64,000 bases of DNA from Camelus dromedarius (GCF_036321535.1 NC_087436.1:120530001-120594000), one strand, 5' to 3'. Positions 26,093 through 39,084 are shown, counted from the stretch's first letter. The notes: a model not told the origin generated them from the letters alone. Numbers and translations: made by a program.

Positions 26093-26193
26093 TTTTTTTT
26101 TTTTTTTTTTTTTCAATGGAGGTGCTGGGGATTGATCCCAGGACCTCAGTGCATCCTAAGCATGTGCTCCACCACTGAGATATACCCACCACC
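26093..26193 (-). mobile_element. vic-1-like SINE
   Basis: Long poly(T) run followed by the reverse SINE body. Confidence 0.85.
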
Positions 26194-26602
26194 TGGAACT
26201 TTTCTGTTTTGTTCTGTGCTCTTTATTTGGACAGCCAGTTCTTCTGTAGTCAGGACTTCCTTGCAGAATTGTTTTTAGTACGTTGGTTCTTTTAAACTCG
26301 GTTGTCACTGTGTCCTTTCCTTCAACACCTTTCCTTCAAGATAGGAGCCATGGAGGGGAAAACTTCCAACCTTCTGCAACCTCTGCACCCCGTATATCTT
26401 GACGCTTGTACTTTTCATACTCCATGGTCATTGTCTTACCTGTCTGGCTCTGCCATTGGCCTCAAGGTTTCTCAAGGGCAGGATCTTATTTAGCCCTGCA
26501 TCCTCAGTGCTTAGCCCAGGTCCTTCCACACATTAGCAACTAGTAACGTTTGAAATTATTCATCTTTTGGCTGCCCCAACCAAGCTAAATATCTTTGGAC
26601 CA

Positions 26603-26922
26603 TGCTGGGAGTTGAATTAGGCCCCCGACACAAGACATGTCAAAGTCCTAACCCACTGTACCTGTGATCTTATCTGAAAATAGGATCTTTGTGGGAGTAG
26701 AGACAAAGAGAAACAAGAATGCCATGTGACCATGGAGGCAGAGGTTAGAGTTATGTGGCCACAAGCCCAGAACACTAAAACTGCTGGCGCCCACCAGAGG
26801 CTGAGAGCAAGGCACAAAACAGATTCTCTTAGAGCCTGAAGATCTGTGAGAGAATTAGTTTCTGTTGTTTTACGCTACCTAGTTTATAATAATTTGTTCT
26901 GGCGGCCACAGGAAACTAATAC
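26603..26922 (+). mobile_element. MLT1 (MaLR) LTR, internally deleted
   Basis: GTCCTAACCC, GAAAATAGGATCTTTG, GCCACAAGCC; ends GGAAACTAATACA. Confidence 0.8.
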
Positions 26923-27396
26923 AGCGGCATGAAAATCAACTGCATGATCAAAGACTATGAGGTTTATCACTCATCTTTTATTTAATTCCACAGACATTTG
27001 GTCTTTGCTCTTCTCGCCGATAAATCACAAGGTTTGAGTTAGTTTCCACTCGTTGATTCTGATTAGGGAATGGCAAAATCCCAACTGAGGGACCAATGTA
27101 CAAAAAGAATAAAGAATCTTCGAGGTACTTGGAATTCTGGAACTAGATTCCGCAGACTGTGCTGGTGATAATTGGCCTAAACTGGCAGTACCCAGCCTTC
27201 CCTGTTCCTCGTGGGGACACGCAGGTGACAGCTGACGTTCGCCTGTCATAAGAAACACCCCAGGGCAGCGCTCAGACGTATTAAGGTACCGGCTATAGCT
27301 CTCACCAGAAAGCACACCAGAATGCAAACGGGGAAGCGCGATCTTTCACAAAAGGACTAATCCTGAACATTCACAAACGCGGGCTCCCCGACTTAC

Positions 27397-27650
27397 CAGT
27401 AATCAATACTGGAGACAATCAGGTGGATGCAGGGATGATCTTTATGATTCCATAAATACAGCACCTCCAGAAGTCTCCAAACGCAGCTCGGGTCACGTTA
27501 CTATCCGGCACCGACACCTCTGGATGGATCCCTGGAGAATAAAGTTAAATTCTTCAGCCGAGATCTCCCCGGGAGAACGCTGTCAGGGAAACGAAAGCAG
27601 GTAGAGCAGAGGGTCCATCTTCACCTCCTTCGTTTCCGGCCCCAGCGCCC
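27397..27650 (-). other. ACOX3: Candidate non-coding first exon of ACOX3 at the bidirectional promoter (5' end approximate)
   Basis: Perfect CTG|GTAAGT donor on the minus strand at 27397/27396, about 330 bp from the TRMT44 ATG; ACOX3 and TRMT44 are head-to-head in mammals. Confidence 0.5.
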
Positions 27651-27726
27651 CGCCCCATGACGCAAATACGCCGCTCTGCAGCCTACGTCATCGCGGTGCG
27701 CCGCCGGGCGCTGGGTGCAGCAGGCC
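27620..27726. promoter_or_regulatory. CpG-island bidirectional promoter of ACOX3/TRMT44
   Basis: ETS/GABP-like TTCCGG at 27634-27639, GC box near 27647-27656, CRE-like TGACGCAA at 27658 and TACGTCA at 27684; CpG-dense through TRMT44 exon 1. Confidence 0.75.
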
Positions 27727-28351
27727 ATGGCTGAGCTGGGTCGGGTTGTCGTGCGCGACCCGGCCTCCCTGCTCCCGGGGGGCTTCTGGGCGGGGGTGGC
27801 CGTGTGGCTGGAGAGGCCACAGGTGGCGAACAAGCGGCTGTGTGGCGTCCGCCTGGAGGCCCGGCGGAGCGCCACCCTACCCCGAGCCGAGGCCCGCGGC
27901 CCCGGGCCGAACGCAGGCCCCGAGCAGGAGGAGCAGGCCGGGGCGGGATGCCGACCGGAGGAGGGCCCGGGACCCGGCCAGCGTTTCCCCGAGGAGGGGC
28001 CGGGCCCCAGGCCGAGCGCAGGGCCCGCGGAGTCCCAGGGCCGGCGGCAGCAAGGGGAGGCCCAGAGGAAAGCAGCCGCAGCGCCTCTGCTCTCAGGGGC
28101 CCCTGAGCAGCGCGGCAAGGCTGGAGCCGGGGAGGGCGACTTCGCCGCCTTGCATCTGGATTCTCTCTGGGACGATTTCTCCCAAAGTCTCGCCGGCGGC
28201 AACCGAGAGTTGCTAACCTTCCTCTCCGGCTCTGGGGCCGAATCGCAGCCAGAGGCTCAGCACGAGCTCGACGTGGTTCTCAGAACCGTCATCCCGAAAA
28301 CGAGCCCCCACTGCCCGCTTGGTGGCCCGAGGAAAGAAATAGTCGTGCAAG
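27727..28351 (+). CDS. TRMT44: TRMT44 exon 1, tRNA (uracil-O(2)-)-methyltransferase
   Basis: GCCATGG Kozak; MAELGRVVVRDPASLLPGGFWAGVAVWLERPQVANKRLCG...VVLRTVIPK...EIVVQ; G|GTAAGT donor; 625 nt. Confidence 0.94.
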
Positions 28352-28374
28352 GTAAGTGTTTCTGATAGTGGCGG

Positions 28375-28919
28375 GGTCAAAGATAAACAGCCGGAAGCCA
28401 GTTAAAGTGGCGAGGGTAGATTTCTATTAGTAATATACTAACAATAGGGAGAGGACCCCAGCGTGAACTGAATTCCACTTGGATTTGTGCAGAGGTGACT
28501 GGGCCTTTTAAAGGGAGAAAGAAGGTGTGGGGAGGGGTGGGTGTCTCAGTAGAGGCAAGAAGGTGAAAAATTGACCCAAAAAAGCAGGAAAGGTGCAGGG
28601 TTGGGGGGGTTGCTTCATGTAACACTCATCTGGGTTTGCTAACTGGTGCTTATGGAAGTCAGATCCTCCCCTCCCACATAGGCTGCGACACTGGGGCCGG
28701 TCTTCAGGTGTGGGCTGGAGCAGTCAGTTCTTCTGTCAACCTTGAGTTTTCTCATGTAGGCACTTTAAGGGGCCCAAGGTCATCTTAGGGATATGGCCTT
28801 GAGCTGTTAGGAACTGGACTAGTGTTTGTTCAGGTCTCTGTAGGCCAAAGTTGAAACCTAGTTGAGACCCGGCTCAGAGGAGCCTGGCTAGAGTTTGGTC
28901 AAGAGGAGGATCTTTGGTA
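28375..28919 (-). mobile_element. MER31/MER67-like ERV1 LTR in TRMT44 intron 1
   Basis: Reverse complement starts CAAAGATCCTCCTCTTGACCAAACTCTAGCCAGGCTCCTCTGAGCC and ends TCTTTGAC, matching recalled MER31/MER67 ends. Confidence 0.65.
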
Positions 28920-30048
28920 GAAGATGCCGTTAGATTAAAAAGCAGGCAGTCAGTGAAAAGGTGCTTGAGGCACCAACTATACCAGTTCCCTTGCAATGCC
29001 CTGGGGAGGTTGTAGGTTTTTGATTATTTTTGGAGGAGGCACGTAGAAACGTAGAGGATGGAGTCGTTGATGGGGCGGTACCTGGAAGGCCCGAGGGAGA
29101 AGGTGAAGGAGTGCTGGACATTAGGTGATAGAGGAGTTAGCAGGTAAAGGCATAAGTGGAAAGGCTGGCTCCTGGGACGCTTGTAGGGGCCTCCCTTTAT
29201 CTCAGCGGGCAGCCGTGCTGATCCTTCTCCCACTTGGAACCTCATTGACTTCTGCTGCTGCTGCACCTCTCCCGCCTCTAGTTGGAGACAGCTCTCAGCT
29301 TTTCCGGGCTCATGTGACTAGATGGAGCCCATCCACGTAACCCAGAGTACATCCTCTTCTGAGGTCTGTAACCCTTACCACGTCTGTAGAGTCCCTTTTT
29401 GCCACGTGGCACAGCGTAGTCACCGGTTCTGGGTATTCGGGCGTGGGCATCTTTTGAGGCTCTTCTGTCCACCACAAGCAGCACTGAATTGCTGGTAGGT
29501 GTGTACTCTCCGCCCTATTCGTATTGTCTGCTTCTGTGTCCTCACAAGACTATTCCCAGTTGTCCTCTTCTCCGGGAGGCCCTCTCTGACCCTAGTGCCC
29601 AGACTAGTTTAGGAGCCCTTCCATCTTTTATCACCTTCTCCATTTCATCCCTACTGGATGGAGGGGTTAGTGCATCAGGGCCCACAAGGCCTTCAGACGT
29701 GGACTTCTGTGATCTCACGTTGGCTTCACTGAAGAGGAGAGGCCTGCTAAACCTTTCTCTTGGTGAGGCAGGGCTCCTCCCAACAAGGAGTGCCTCTCCA
29801 GGATTGCTTTCTACACTTGTCTCCCACTGAGCATGGCTGCCATGAGCCACGCGGAGCAGGGGTGCAGAGGTGCACGCCTGGGAGGCAGCAATGACTGAGA
29901 CGATCACTGTTGTAGTTGTAAACTGGGCGGGGAGAAGCCCTGGGGCTGAAAGCAGGATAATGGGTTCATCACTGTTTCTAAGACCACTCCTGATGAGACC
30001 CTGAGCTGAGCGCTTTTCATTTATCATCCTTATCCTTCTTCCCCTCAG

Positions 30049-30163
30049 ATGTCCTCAATGGAACAGTAACGTTTTTGCCTCTGGAAGAAGGTGACGAAGG
30101 CAACCTGAAGGTTAAGATGAGCAATGTGTATCAAATTCAGCTCAGCCAGAACGAAGGAGAGTG
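30049..30163 (+). CDS. TRMT44: TRMT44 exon 2
   Basis: DVLNGTVTFLPLEEGDEGNLKVKMSNVYQIQLSQNEGEW; 115 nt. Confidence 0.93.
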
Positions 30164-31665
30164 GTAAGGACTAGAAAACTGATTCCTTTCTCTCAGTGTT
30201 TCGTGGTTTCAGTTGATTGTTTGCTCGGGCAGCTGTGAGATGCCAGGTCGCTGAGGAGAGACCGGACTCTCTCAGGCATTTTGGCTATGTGCTTTCTAGT
30301 TGGTGTTTCCTGGCCTGGGCTTTGTTCCTGCTGGTGGTGCCTGGATGGCCATGGCCTGGCTGGAATCTTCTGCTGTGTGTAGCCTTGATAGTTAGTAGCA
30401 CTCAGTTCCAGCAGCAAGTTCAAGTAAACTCTATCCCTTTGTTACTTCAGTGTTTCTTACAACTTGTTAATTAAGGGTAAGTGTAAGCTTCCTTTTTTAT
30501 TTCCTGCTGAGGCTCACGCGGTTTTAGACATGGTAGGAGTTCAGTGATGTGCGTTGTAAAAGTAACAGTGTAATACGTTCCGGAGTTCCACGTGGTGTTT
30601 GGGCCTGTCCAGAAAGTGTGAAATTTGGTTTACTTCGATTAGGTATTTTTTCAGTGAAAAAGTCAAAAGGGTAAATTCACTCTTATCTCTGCGGTTGATG
30701 CTTTCCAGAGAGCCACATGGGCCTGTGCTTTCAAGAACAGCTGTCAGGATCATGTTTGCTTAACCCACATGGGCGTTGCACACAGTTTCATAAAAAGCCG
30801 AGGGGTCCAGTGGGAGAGCTTGCTTTGGGAGTCACACAGGACCTGGGTTCCCCCCCAGCAGTGTGGCCTTGAGTATGTCGTCTCTTTGGCCCTCGGTCTT
30901 CTCACCTATGAAATGGGTTTAATAATTTTTGAGCCCCCTGGGTTGGGCTTCATAGGGACCTGTTACAGGCTTGGAAGCTTGATGGGAAAGTCAGCACCTA
31001 CAGGGTGAAGCTTCTTGACAGTTGACTAAGGTTGCCCAACGACCTTCCCCCGAGGCCTTTGCATCCCACTGCTCTTGTTGGAAAGTGTGGAGTAAGGGCA
31101 GACCCTGTGAGAAAGCCGTGTTTGCCTGGGGCAGTCACTGATGGGCGCTGATGCCGGAGCTGGGGGGTGAGCACTGGAGCTGCTGTCCGCTGGGCTGTTA
31201 AGGAGGCCCAGCATGGGGCCCGGCCACAGCAGGTGCTCAGTGCATTTGGTGTGGAGTAGTCACGTTCCATTCTACCTGGTGAACCAGCATTCGACATCTG
31301 AGTTGCACATGTGAAATGTATAAAACATTGAAAAGTTAGGAAAATCCTTAGACATTTTAGAATCTGGCTAGTTAGTGCGTGGAGCAGAAGGTGAGAAGAA
31401 TTGTTTGTCCATCCCTCTGTTGGGCTTTGTGAGATGTGTAAATGCATTTTTAACGTTTGCAAGAGAAAAGGAATTTTTCCTGCTTTTTAAATATGTTTTT
31501 CTCTAGTAGATGAAAATTCTGCAACTAATTCCAGATGTTTTCTGTTTTGGGTAAAATATTTTATAATTGTAGCTGTCTTCTTTCTTTTTGGTAAATATAA
31601 ATGTATAATTTAAAAATAAGAAATGAAACCAGCCCTGCTTATTCGTATTTCTCTTATTTTTAAAG

Positions 31666-31885
31666 GTTCATATCTGTTTTAATTTTCTGTCCAGAAAGAT
31701 GGCATTCAGATGGAATTGTTTATCCCAAACCCACCTGGCTTGGAGAAGAGCTGCTGGCCAAGCTGGCCAGGTGGTGTGTGGAGGGCAGGCAGAGTGGATT
31801 CAAAAGCACCCTGTCCCTCATCTCCATCATGAAGTACAGCAAGGCTTACCAGGAGCTTAAAGAGAAGTATAAAGGCATGGTCAAG
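31666..31885 (+). CDS. TRMT44: TRMT44 exon 3
   Basis: FISVLIFCPERWHSDGIVYPKPTWLGEELLAKLARW...KYSKAYQELKEKYKGMVK; 220 nt. Confidence 0.94.
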
Positions 31886-32381
31886 GTAACTCTGGAGAAG
31901 GATGCCTGTGGCCCCACCCCCATTTAAGTTAGGTGAGGGAGGGGAGGTACCAGACTGCTCCAGGCAACATGTTTTTCCTGTGTTCCTTCTAGCTTCATAC
32001 TGATGCAGATATAAGTCAAAATACACCCAGCTAAGGTCCCCCGCTGCAGCCTGTACTTTGACGAACTTAGGGATTCAAACCACAAAAGTGCTGGCGGTTG
32101 TGTTATGGAAAAGGACTTTTCCCTTCTTTGTCTTGGTCTTTTTTTTTTTCAAGTTACTAATTTTTTTTCAAGAAAACAAAAGAGAAATGTTTAATTTAAA
32201 ACAACTGAACATTAATTACTAAATTACCATGATTTTTAGAATAAGCTTAAAGATATTTTAATATATGAAAAATTAAAGTACAGAAAATATACTTCCAAAA
32301 AGGAGATCTGTTTTGTAAGATGTAAAAAGAAAGTGACGGCAAACACCTGTGTGCCCACACCGGCTCAGAGATGAAGTGCTG

Positions 32382-32846
32382 CAAGCCTACCTTGCTTTGT
32401 TGTCCATTGCAAATACTGCAGTTTTTACAAATTGGAAGTTTGTGACAACCCTGGCTAGCTAGTCTTTTGGCCCCATTGTCCAACAGAATTTTTCTCACTT
32501 CATGTCTCTGAGTCACATTTGGTAATTTGCACTCTAGGTCAAACTTTTCCATCATTATTGTGTTTGTTATGGTGATCTGTGATCAGTGACATTTGAACTA
32601 ACTCCTACAACTCACTGAAGATGAGTGATAGTTAGCATTTTTTAGCAATAAAATATTTTTAAATTGAAGTATGTATTCTTTTTTTTAGATGTAGTGCTAT
32701 TGCACACTTGGTAGACCACAGTATAGTGTAAACATAAGTCTCATGTGGACTGGGAAACCAGGAGATCTGGGTGACTCGCTTTACCGTGAAATTCACTTTG
32801 TTGGGGGTATTCTGGACCCAACCCCGCAGTCCCTCCAAGATTCCTG
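32382..32846 (+). mobile_element. Internally deleted Tigger1-type DNA transposon
   Basis: Both Tigger1 ends present: TTTTTACAAATTGGAAGTTTGTGACAACCCTG and CAGTATAGTGTAAACATAA...GGGAAACCA...GTGACTCGCTTTA. Confidence 0.8.
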
Positions 32847-33849
32847 TGCTAATGTAGTTGGCCCTCATTTCTACTCTTCCTGGTCCATACCTCGCTCCCT
32901 TCTCCCAGAATTAGAGATTCATCATCTCCATGTACTTTTTAAATCAGTCCCCTGTGGCTGTTAGCAAAGCATCCCCAAAATCTTAGGCTTGAAACGATCA
33001 CCACTCATTCCTGCTGGAGTTGGTGTGGGTCCTGGGCTGGCTGGCTGAAGCCGGGCTCCCCTTCTCTCCTGGGTCCTGGCCTAGGTGCTTCATTATCTTA
33101 CTAACTATTCAGCACCTTCCAGAAGGGACTTCTGTGTTCGTCCACCTGTGTAAGTTGTTCTTGGTGATGTGAGAACTCTTGTCTGAACTGTCTAATCTGC
33201 TGTGACAGCAGACAGGGAGCTGAGCATCTAACACTGGCCCTTGGTTTTCCTCTCCTACCAAATACCTGTCCTGCACTTACGGATTTTAATAATGGGCCTC
33301 ACACTTGCCCAGCCCACGTTGTACAGTCAAAGTACCTGAGGTCATCCTGCATGCTCATTGGTCATGGGCTCTGTCCTGTTTCGCAGACGAGGGGTGGGGA
33401 CAGAAGAGCTGAGTGACACTCCCCACGAGTGACGGCAAGTCACTGATAGATCAGGGGGTGGAGCGCTGACCTCCCGACCCCTGTCCCTGTGCCGTCCTCG
33501 ACAGCCCCGCCCCCGCCCGGTGTCCCTGTTCATTATCCTCATCTAGATAAGCGGTGAGGGTGGCCTAGCCAGGCACTCTCCTCTGATGTGCCAATGTCTC
33601 ACGTACTTTATCGCAGCACCTACTCTGGGTTCCGATGCTCTCGGTGTGTCCTGTTACATACGGATACACTCAAGGCTTTGTGTCTTCATGCAGACCCCTA
33701 ATTGTAAGGGATTTCTGCCTTAGGAACGGCCTTATTTTATTTTATTGCATGATTAGTCCAGTTTGACTTCTGCCTTATGGGGACACTTTAATGTTATGAC
33801 ATGGTGGGGGCGGGAGAGCAAGTCACATCTGCTCTTGAACGTGTTTTAG

Positions 33850-33918
33850 GTGTGGCCCGAAGTAACTGATCCTGAGAAGTTTGTATATGAGGATGTGGCG
33901 ATTGCTGCCTACCTGCTG
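33850..33918 (+). CDS. TRMT44: TRMT44 exon 4
   Basis: VWPEVTDPEKFVYEDVAIAAYLL; 69 nt. Confidence 0.95.
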
Positions 33919-34680
33919 GTAAGAACGTGTGTGATCTAAGCCTCAGTGGGTGGGAGGCAGCTCCTGGGAGGCGGCAGTGGGCAGCCGTTTATCACGTCCA
34001 TAGCTTAGGGGTTTGTAGTTCTTTTTGCCCAGGTTGGCTGCACATGTGATTTTTTTTATTCTAACGTTTCGTGGTGCATAGGCGTAGGACAAGTTTGAGT
34101 TGTGAAGCTTCACTGCAGGGATTCGAGCTGAACCGGTGCCTTCACGACTCACAGCCGACATGGAACGTGGAGGTGCCGGCTGACGTATCTGTGCCCCGCC
34201 CCCCAGTCCTAGCGTTCGGCGTTTCTGGTTCCAGACCTTCCTCTTCCTAGGCAGCTTGCTCACCACCTAGATTTGGGCATGCCCTTTAACTTCATAGTCT
34301 TCATTCTCTTATCTATGAAATGTTTAGATAATTTCCGACTTTCTTTCAACTGCAAATATCTGTAGCTTCTTGGAAATGAGATAGTTTGTTTTGTTTATCA
34401 AAGTGTCACTTGAAGAGTGTAGAGAAAGCCTGAAGAAGCTAACGGTAAATCTGAAGGGCTCTCGCCCAGAGATGCCCACAGGAGCGTGGGCTCCGGATGG
34501 AGGAAGGCGGCTTGGGTGCCCAGGTGGCATCGGACGAGAACAGTGGGCTGGTCCCCACCGCCCTCTGCTCCCCTGCGTGTAGCCTGTTCTGGGAGAGCGA
34601 TTTGTAGTCCCACCTGGGCTTGAGTCTGAGCTCCTGTGGACTAGAGTGAATCACAAGCTGACTGTTTTTTCTCTTCTTAG

Positions 34681-34788
34681 ATTCTATGGGAAGAAGAGAG
34701 AGCTGAGCGCGGACTGACAGCTAAGCAGTCCTTTGTCGACCTCGGCTGCGGGAACGGCCTCCTGGTCCACATCCTGAGCAGTGAGGGG
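34681..34788 (+). CDS. TRMT44: TRMT44 exon 5 (SAM-binding motif I)
   Basis: ILWEEERAERGLTAKQSFVDLGCGNGLLVHILSSEG; 108 nt. Confidence 0.96.
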
Positions 34789-35458
34789 GTAAAGCAGGCT
34801 CGTTGCCGTTTCTTGTCCCTTTGCTAGAGTGTCTTCAGGTCCAGCACAAGATCTTTCTCTGCTGGTACGATCTGGCTGTCGGAACAGTGACGGCTAGACT
34901 GTGTCATTGGAGAACAGGTGGCTTGTAAAATGGGAGGGCAGAGACGGCAACCTCACTAGACTAGGAGAGGGTTCTTGGGGACACGTGGCCTGTGCCTGTG
35001 AAACGGCACGCTTTCAACAGCCGTATGTTTTTGTTGTCAGTGTTTTCCTGGAAAACCCACCATTTCAAGGCATGGGGAGAGGAATAAAGGATAAGGTGGG
35101 TTCTGTCTTTGCGAAAATAAACTCTGGCTCAGGACAGTCATATACACATACATGTGAAACTGTCATACTCAGTCTTGCACCCGTCTTTGCATAGGGAAGC
35201 GCAGGCAGTGAAGGCTTAGAGCAGCCGCGGCAGGGGAGCCACTCAGGCAGCCTGGCCATCAGCGCCTGTGCCCCCAGCTCTCCGGCGCCGCCGCCCCTAT
35301 GTCTGGCGGAGTGAGCTGCTGATCAGCAGCTTCACGCTGGAGGGCAACGGCTGGGATTGAAGCCCACTCGTGCTGACCCGGAGGCTGATTTTCTTCCAAC
35401 CACAGCATCTGTCCTGTGGATGGACAGTCTGTCCTCAGCTGTGGGGCTTTGGAACAGA

Positions 35459-35554
35459 TTTTTTTTTTTCTTTTTTTTAATGGTACTGGGGATTGAACCC
35501 AGGACCCTGTGCGTGCTAAGCATGTGCTCTATCATTTGAGCTATATCCTCCCCC
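35459..35554 (-). mobile_element. vic-1-like SINE
   Basis: Poly(T) followed by GGGGATTGAACCCAGGACC. Confidence 0.85.
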
Positions 35555-36045
35555 GGAACAGGTTACTTTTTGAAGTGTTTTGTAAAAGGATGAGTTTGTG
35601 ATACCTAAACAGGTTGTCCGTGGGATGCCAGCACATCGGGCGGTGACCTGAGAGTGGTGCGGTGGGGGGGGGGGGCCCTGAGAGCTGAGTGTGATCACAG
35701 TGGGGGGATGAGACCCACCCAAGAGGACGGGTCTTGTTTCTGTTGCCCAAAGCAGCAGGTGCGCCTGAGATCTGAACTTAACTGAGAGCAGGTGAGCCGT
35801 TCCCTCTCCAGGTATGTTTCCCGGGGCTGGAGGTGCTCCCACCGGCCCGGCTCCTTGTCTCCTTCATGGAGACTCAGTGGTGAGGGCTCTTCTCTGTGCC
35901 CTGAGGGCGCGAGTGTCTGCAGGAGCTGAGACGCGCGGGGCCTCTCTCATGTCATACAGGTGGCGACACCTACAGAGCCTGACGCGTTCTCGCTGATCTG
36001 TTACAATGCACTGACCTTAACCTTTGATTTCTGAAATTGTTTCAG

Positions 36046-36117
36046 CACCCAGGCAGAGGGATTGATGTCCGCAGAAGAAACATCTGGGACATGTACGGAC
36101 CCCAGACACACTTGGAG
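36046..36117 (+). CDS. TRMT44: TRMT44 exon 6
   Basis: HPGRGIDVRRRNIWDMYGPQTHLE; 72 nt. Confidence 0.94.
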
Positions 36118-38919
36118 GTACAGGCTCTGTTGGGTCACGTGCCCGCACACAGTTGTCCCCGCTGGCAGTTGTTTCAAGGAGCGTATGTCTGCGTGTGGGT
36201 CAATCAGAACTACTAACTGTAACAGCGCACCTTCATCTCAGTGTGCTGAAGCTTCAAAGGAGGGTGGGCCTTTTGCCTTTCCAAAGCCTGGGGGTTAAAC
36301 TGAAGAGAAGATGCTGCCCTCTGGAGCCGCAGGTGCTGTGTCCGCCCAGGTCTGGTCCACACCTTGTGTCTCCCGCGGGCGCTCACGTGCTGTCTTTGGG
36401 GCAGAGGACAACCCCTCAGCCTTCTCACACGTTCTCTGGGGCCTGAGACGGGCCACGTGTTCCGACACTCACTTGCAGTTGGGTGCCCACCCTGCCGGGA
36501 CCGGGCCAGGGTAGGGGCGCCAGGGGGGGCCTTTGAGGAGCACACAGGGGGCACACTGCTGAGCCTCAGGTGCAGTGCCGTGGGCCACAGACTCCCTGTG
36601 ACACGGATGGCACGTTTGCCCTGAGCCCTCCGGTAGCCTGATCTCAGCTGTGACCGCCGGGCTGGAGTGAACCCAGCTGCCCCAGCTGTGGTCGGGAGCA
36701 GCTCCGGCGGATCAGAGAGGGGTCTCCCTGGGGAGAAGGTGGGTGGGCATCTCCTTGGCAGCACCCCCCTCAGCAGGTCTGGGGTCAGATGTCCACCCCT
36801 GTGGGTCTCTGGCCCAGGTCTTTGAGCCAGCCGGGGGCGCCCAGCCATGGGGGCCACGTCCTTAGCTCTGGGGCACCTGGGGGCCGCCACCCCTCCCGAC
36901 ACAGGGCTTCTGCCACTCAGCTGCCAGCATTGCCTCAAGACCTTTGTCCCTGAGCTAAAATGCGTGCCTGTCACTAGGACGCAGATTCTTGTCTGCCAGA
37001 GGGCAGAGTACTGTGTTCTTACACAGCTGATCAATTCAGGCTCCAAGTGCTGGCAAGAGGCCGATCAAAACTAAAGCAGGCGCACAGCTGACCGCAGGCC
37101 CCCTGTGCCCCGGGCAGAAAAGCAAAGTAAGTTCTTTGGGTAAAAAGTTCAAACAGCAGTTGAATTGGGTCTCTGTTTGAATCATGGCCCCAGGGAAGAG
37201 CTGGCCGGCGTGGTGTGCCCTTGGAGAACAGGCAGAAGAGTCTAGCTCTTTATTTGAGTTTCCCCAGCAGCCTGCTCCAGACTCTCCCACGGGGTCCGGA
37301 AAGTCGCTCGGCAAGGCCGGCTGGGAGAGTGCCGTGCCCTCGCCCCGTGCGTCTTGTCCTGCTGCCCCTGGACTCCAGTCGTAGTGCTAGAAGAGTCCGG
37401 CGTGTTCCGGGGTCAGGTGAGAGGCTGGACGCCAGCCACACCTCTGGCACGCTTCTGCGTGGCCCGAAACGCGGGGGCCTTTGTTGGCGAGTGCCTGGTG
37501 TTCACAGGCTTCTTAGTGAGTGAGTGACCCCTGTGAACAGGCACAGTCTGGACGTTCAGAAGGCCAGGCATGGGGGACGGCTTGTTGTCTTTCAAAACCG
37601 TGTTTGATTGTAAGCAAGAGACTGATAAGAAAAACATGTGCTTTTAATAACAGCATGTGGTGATCGCCCTGCCTTAGTTTCGTTAGTGGAGCTATACATG
37701 AAATAGAAATACTGCAATTTGCTACATTCAAAATTTCAATTAAAACTTTTTCTAAAATAGGTGGGGCTTTGTTGTCCAGCATACTGTTGGAAGGATAACT
37801 GTAAATGTGGTTATTGTAATTACTAAGTGTAATTGTGTTTTTATAAATGTAGGCCATTTAAAGAGATAGGCAAATTTAGATCTAGAATGGGTGGGAATAA
37901 AGAATAAACAGTATCAAAAAGTTTGGTTTTCCTGCTTTTAAATTATATATAGACCATTTTCAGTATTTTACTGAAATTATTATTTTTAGCACTTTAATGT
38001 ATATGCAAACAGAGGCACACATGCTTATTTAAGAGCCAAAAGAAGAATTTAAATTCTATTTTTGTATCCATCAGGTCTGCAAAAGTCTCTTGTGTTGTAG
38101 TTTTATTGTTAGAAAGAATGGCTTTGAAAGTGTTAATGTAACGTCTTCCCTGTTTGTTCTGATCGAGGAATAACACATCTACTTACTTCCAGTTTTTACT
38201 GGCAGATTCCCTGTTGAGATTTGATTTAAAAATTAATGATGGTCTGCTAATTAGCAGAAAGGATGGGGTGTTCATTTAAAGTTTTTAAATCATAAAGCAA
38301 GCTGTTTCTAGGTTAACTGCAGAAATTGTCACAGTGGGTCACATGCTACTCAGTGGGTAAAAACTTGCCGTCTTAGAGTTTACAGAAAGTAACAGTCTAA
38401 TGGGGAAGATATACACCTGCTTATGTGCATAGATGCTTCCTGTATGGTGTTGAGGTGGTGTCAGTGGGTCATGGGGTGCACTCAGATTATCCCCAGGCCT
38501 GGCTGCTCTCCAGGCCCCCACCCTTCAGGCCGTTTCTGGCTTCCATTTTCTGCCACAAGTAGAGTGGTTCACAGGTCCCATATTCCTCTCACTCCCTCTT
38601 CTGTTTATGTGAAAAGGATATTTTTAATTATCAGGAGATGAGCACTCAGACGAGTGATGTTGGCTCCTCGGTAATGGTGCTAAAAGCTGCGGAATTCCGT
38701 ACCCTCGGGCTGGCCTGCACCAGGAGCACTCGCTCTCACGCCTAGTCCAGCCTTGGCCTTTTGCACTTGAAGACCCGGCAGCCCAGAGGGGCTGAGCCGG
38801 GGCGGGAGCAGCTGTGGTTCCGCAGAGGGGCTCCAGCCTTCATCCCCTCTGAGTCATGCTGTCTCAGTAGCTCTGCTTTTATTCACTAGATGTTCGGACG
38901 TTTTGTGTCTTTCTTTTAG

Positions 38920-39026
38920 GAAGGTGCAGTCACACCGAATGATAACACCCTTTTTCCTGAAGCTGATTGGTTAATCGGAAACCATTCCGACGAACTGACA
39001 CCCTGGATACCTGTCATTGCAGCCAG
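38920..39026 (+). CDS. TRMT44: TRMT44 exon 7
   Basis: EGAVTPNDNTLFPEADWLIGNHSDELTPWIPVIAAR; 107 nt. Confidence 0.95.
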
Positions 39027-39084
39027 GTGGGTAGGTGGAGATGCTGGCACGGTGGGTGGCTGGGGGTCTTCTGTTGATTGAGCC

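Noticed and set aside
36015..36021. CCTTAAC U12-like branch point before TRMT44 exon 6
   Set aside because: The upstream donor is GTAAAG, not GTATCC, and the branch distance (about 25 nt) fits a U2 intron.
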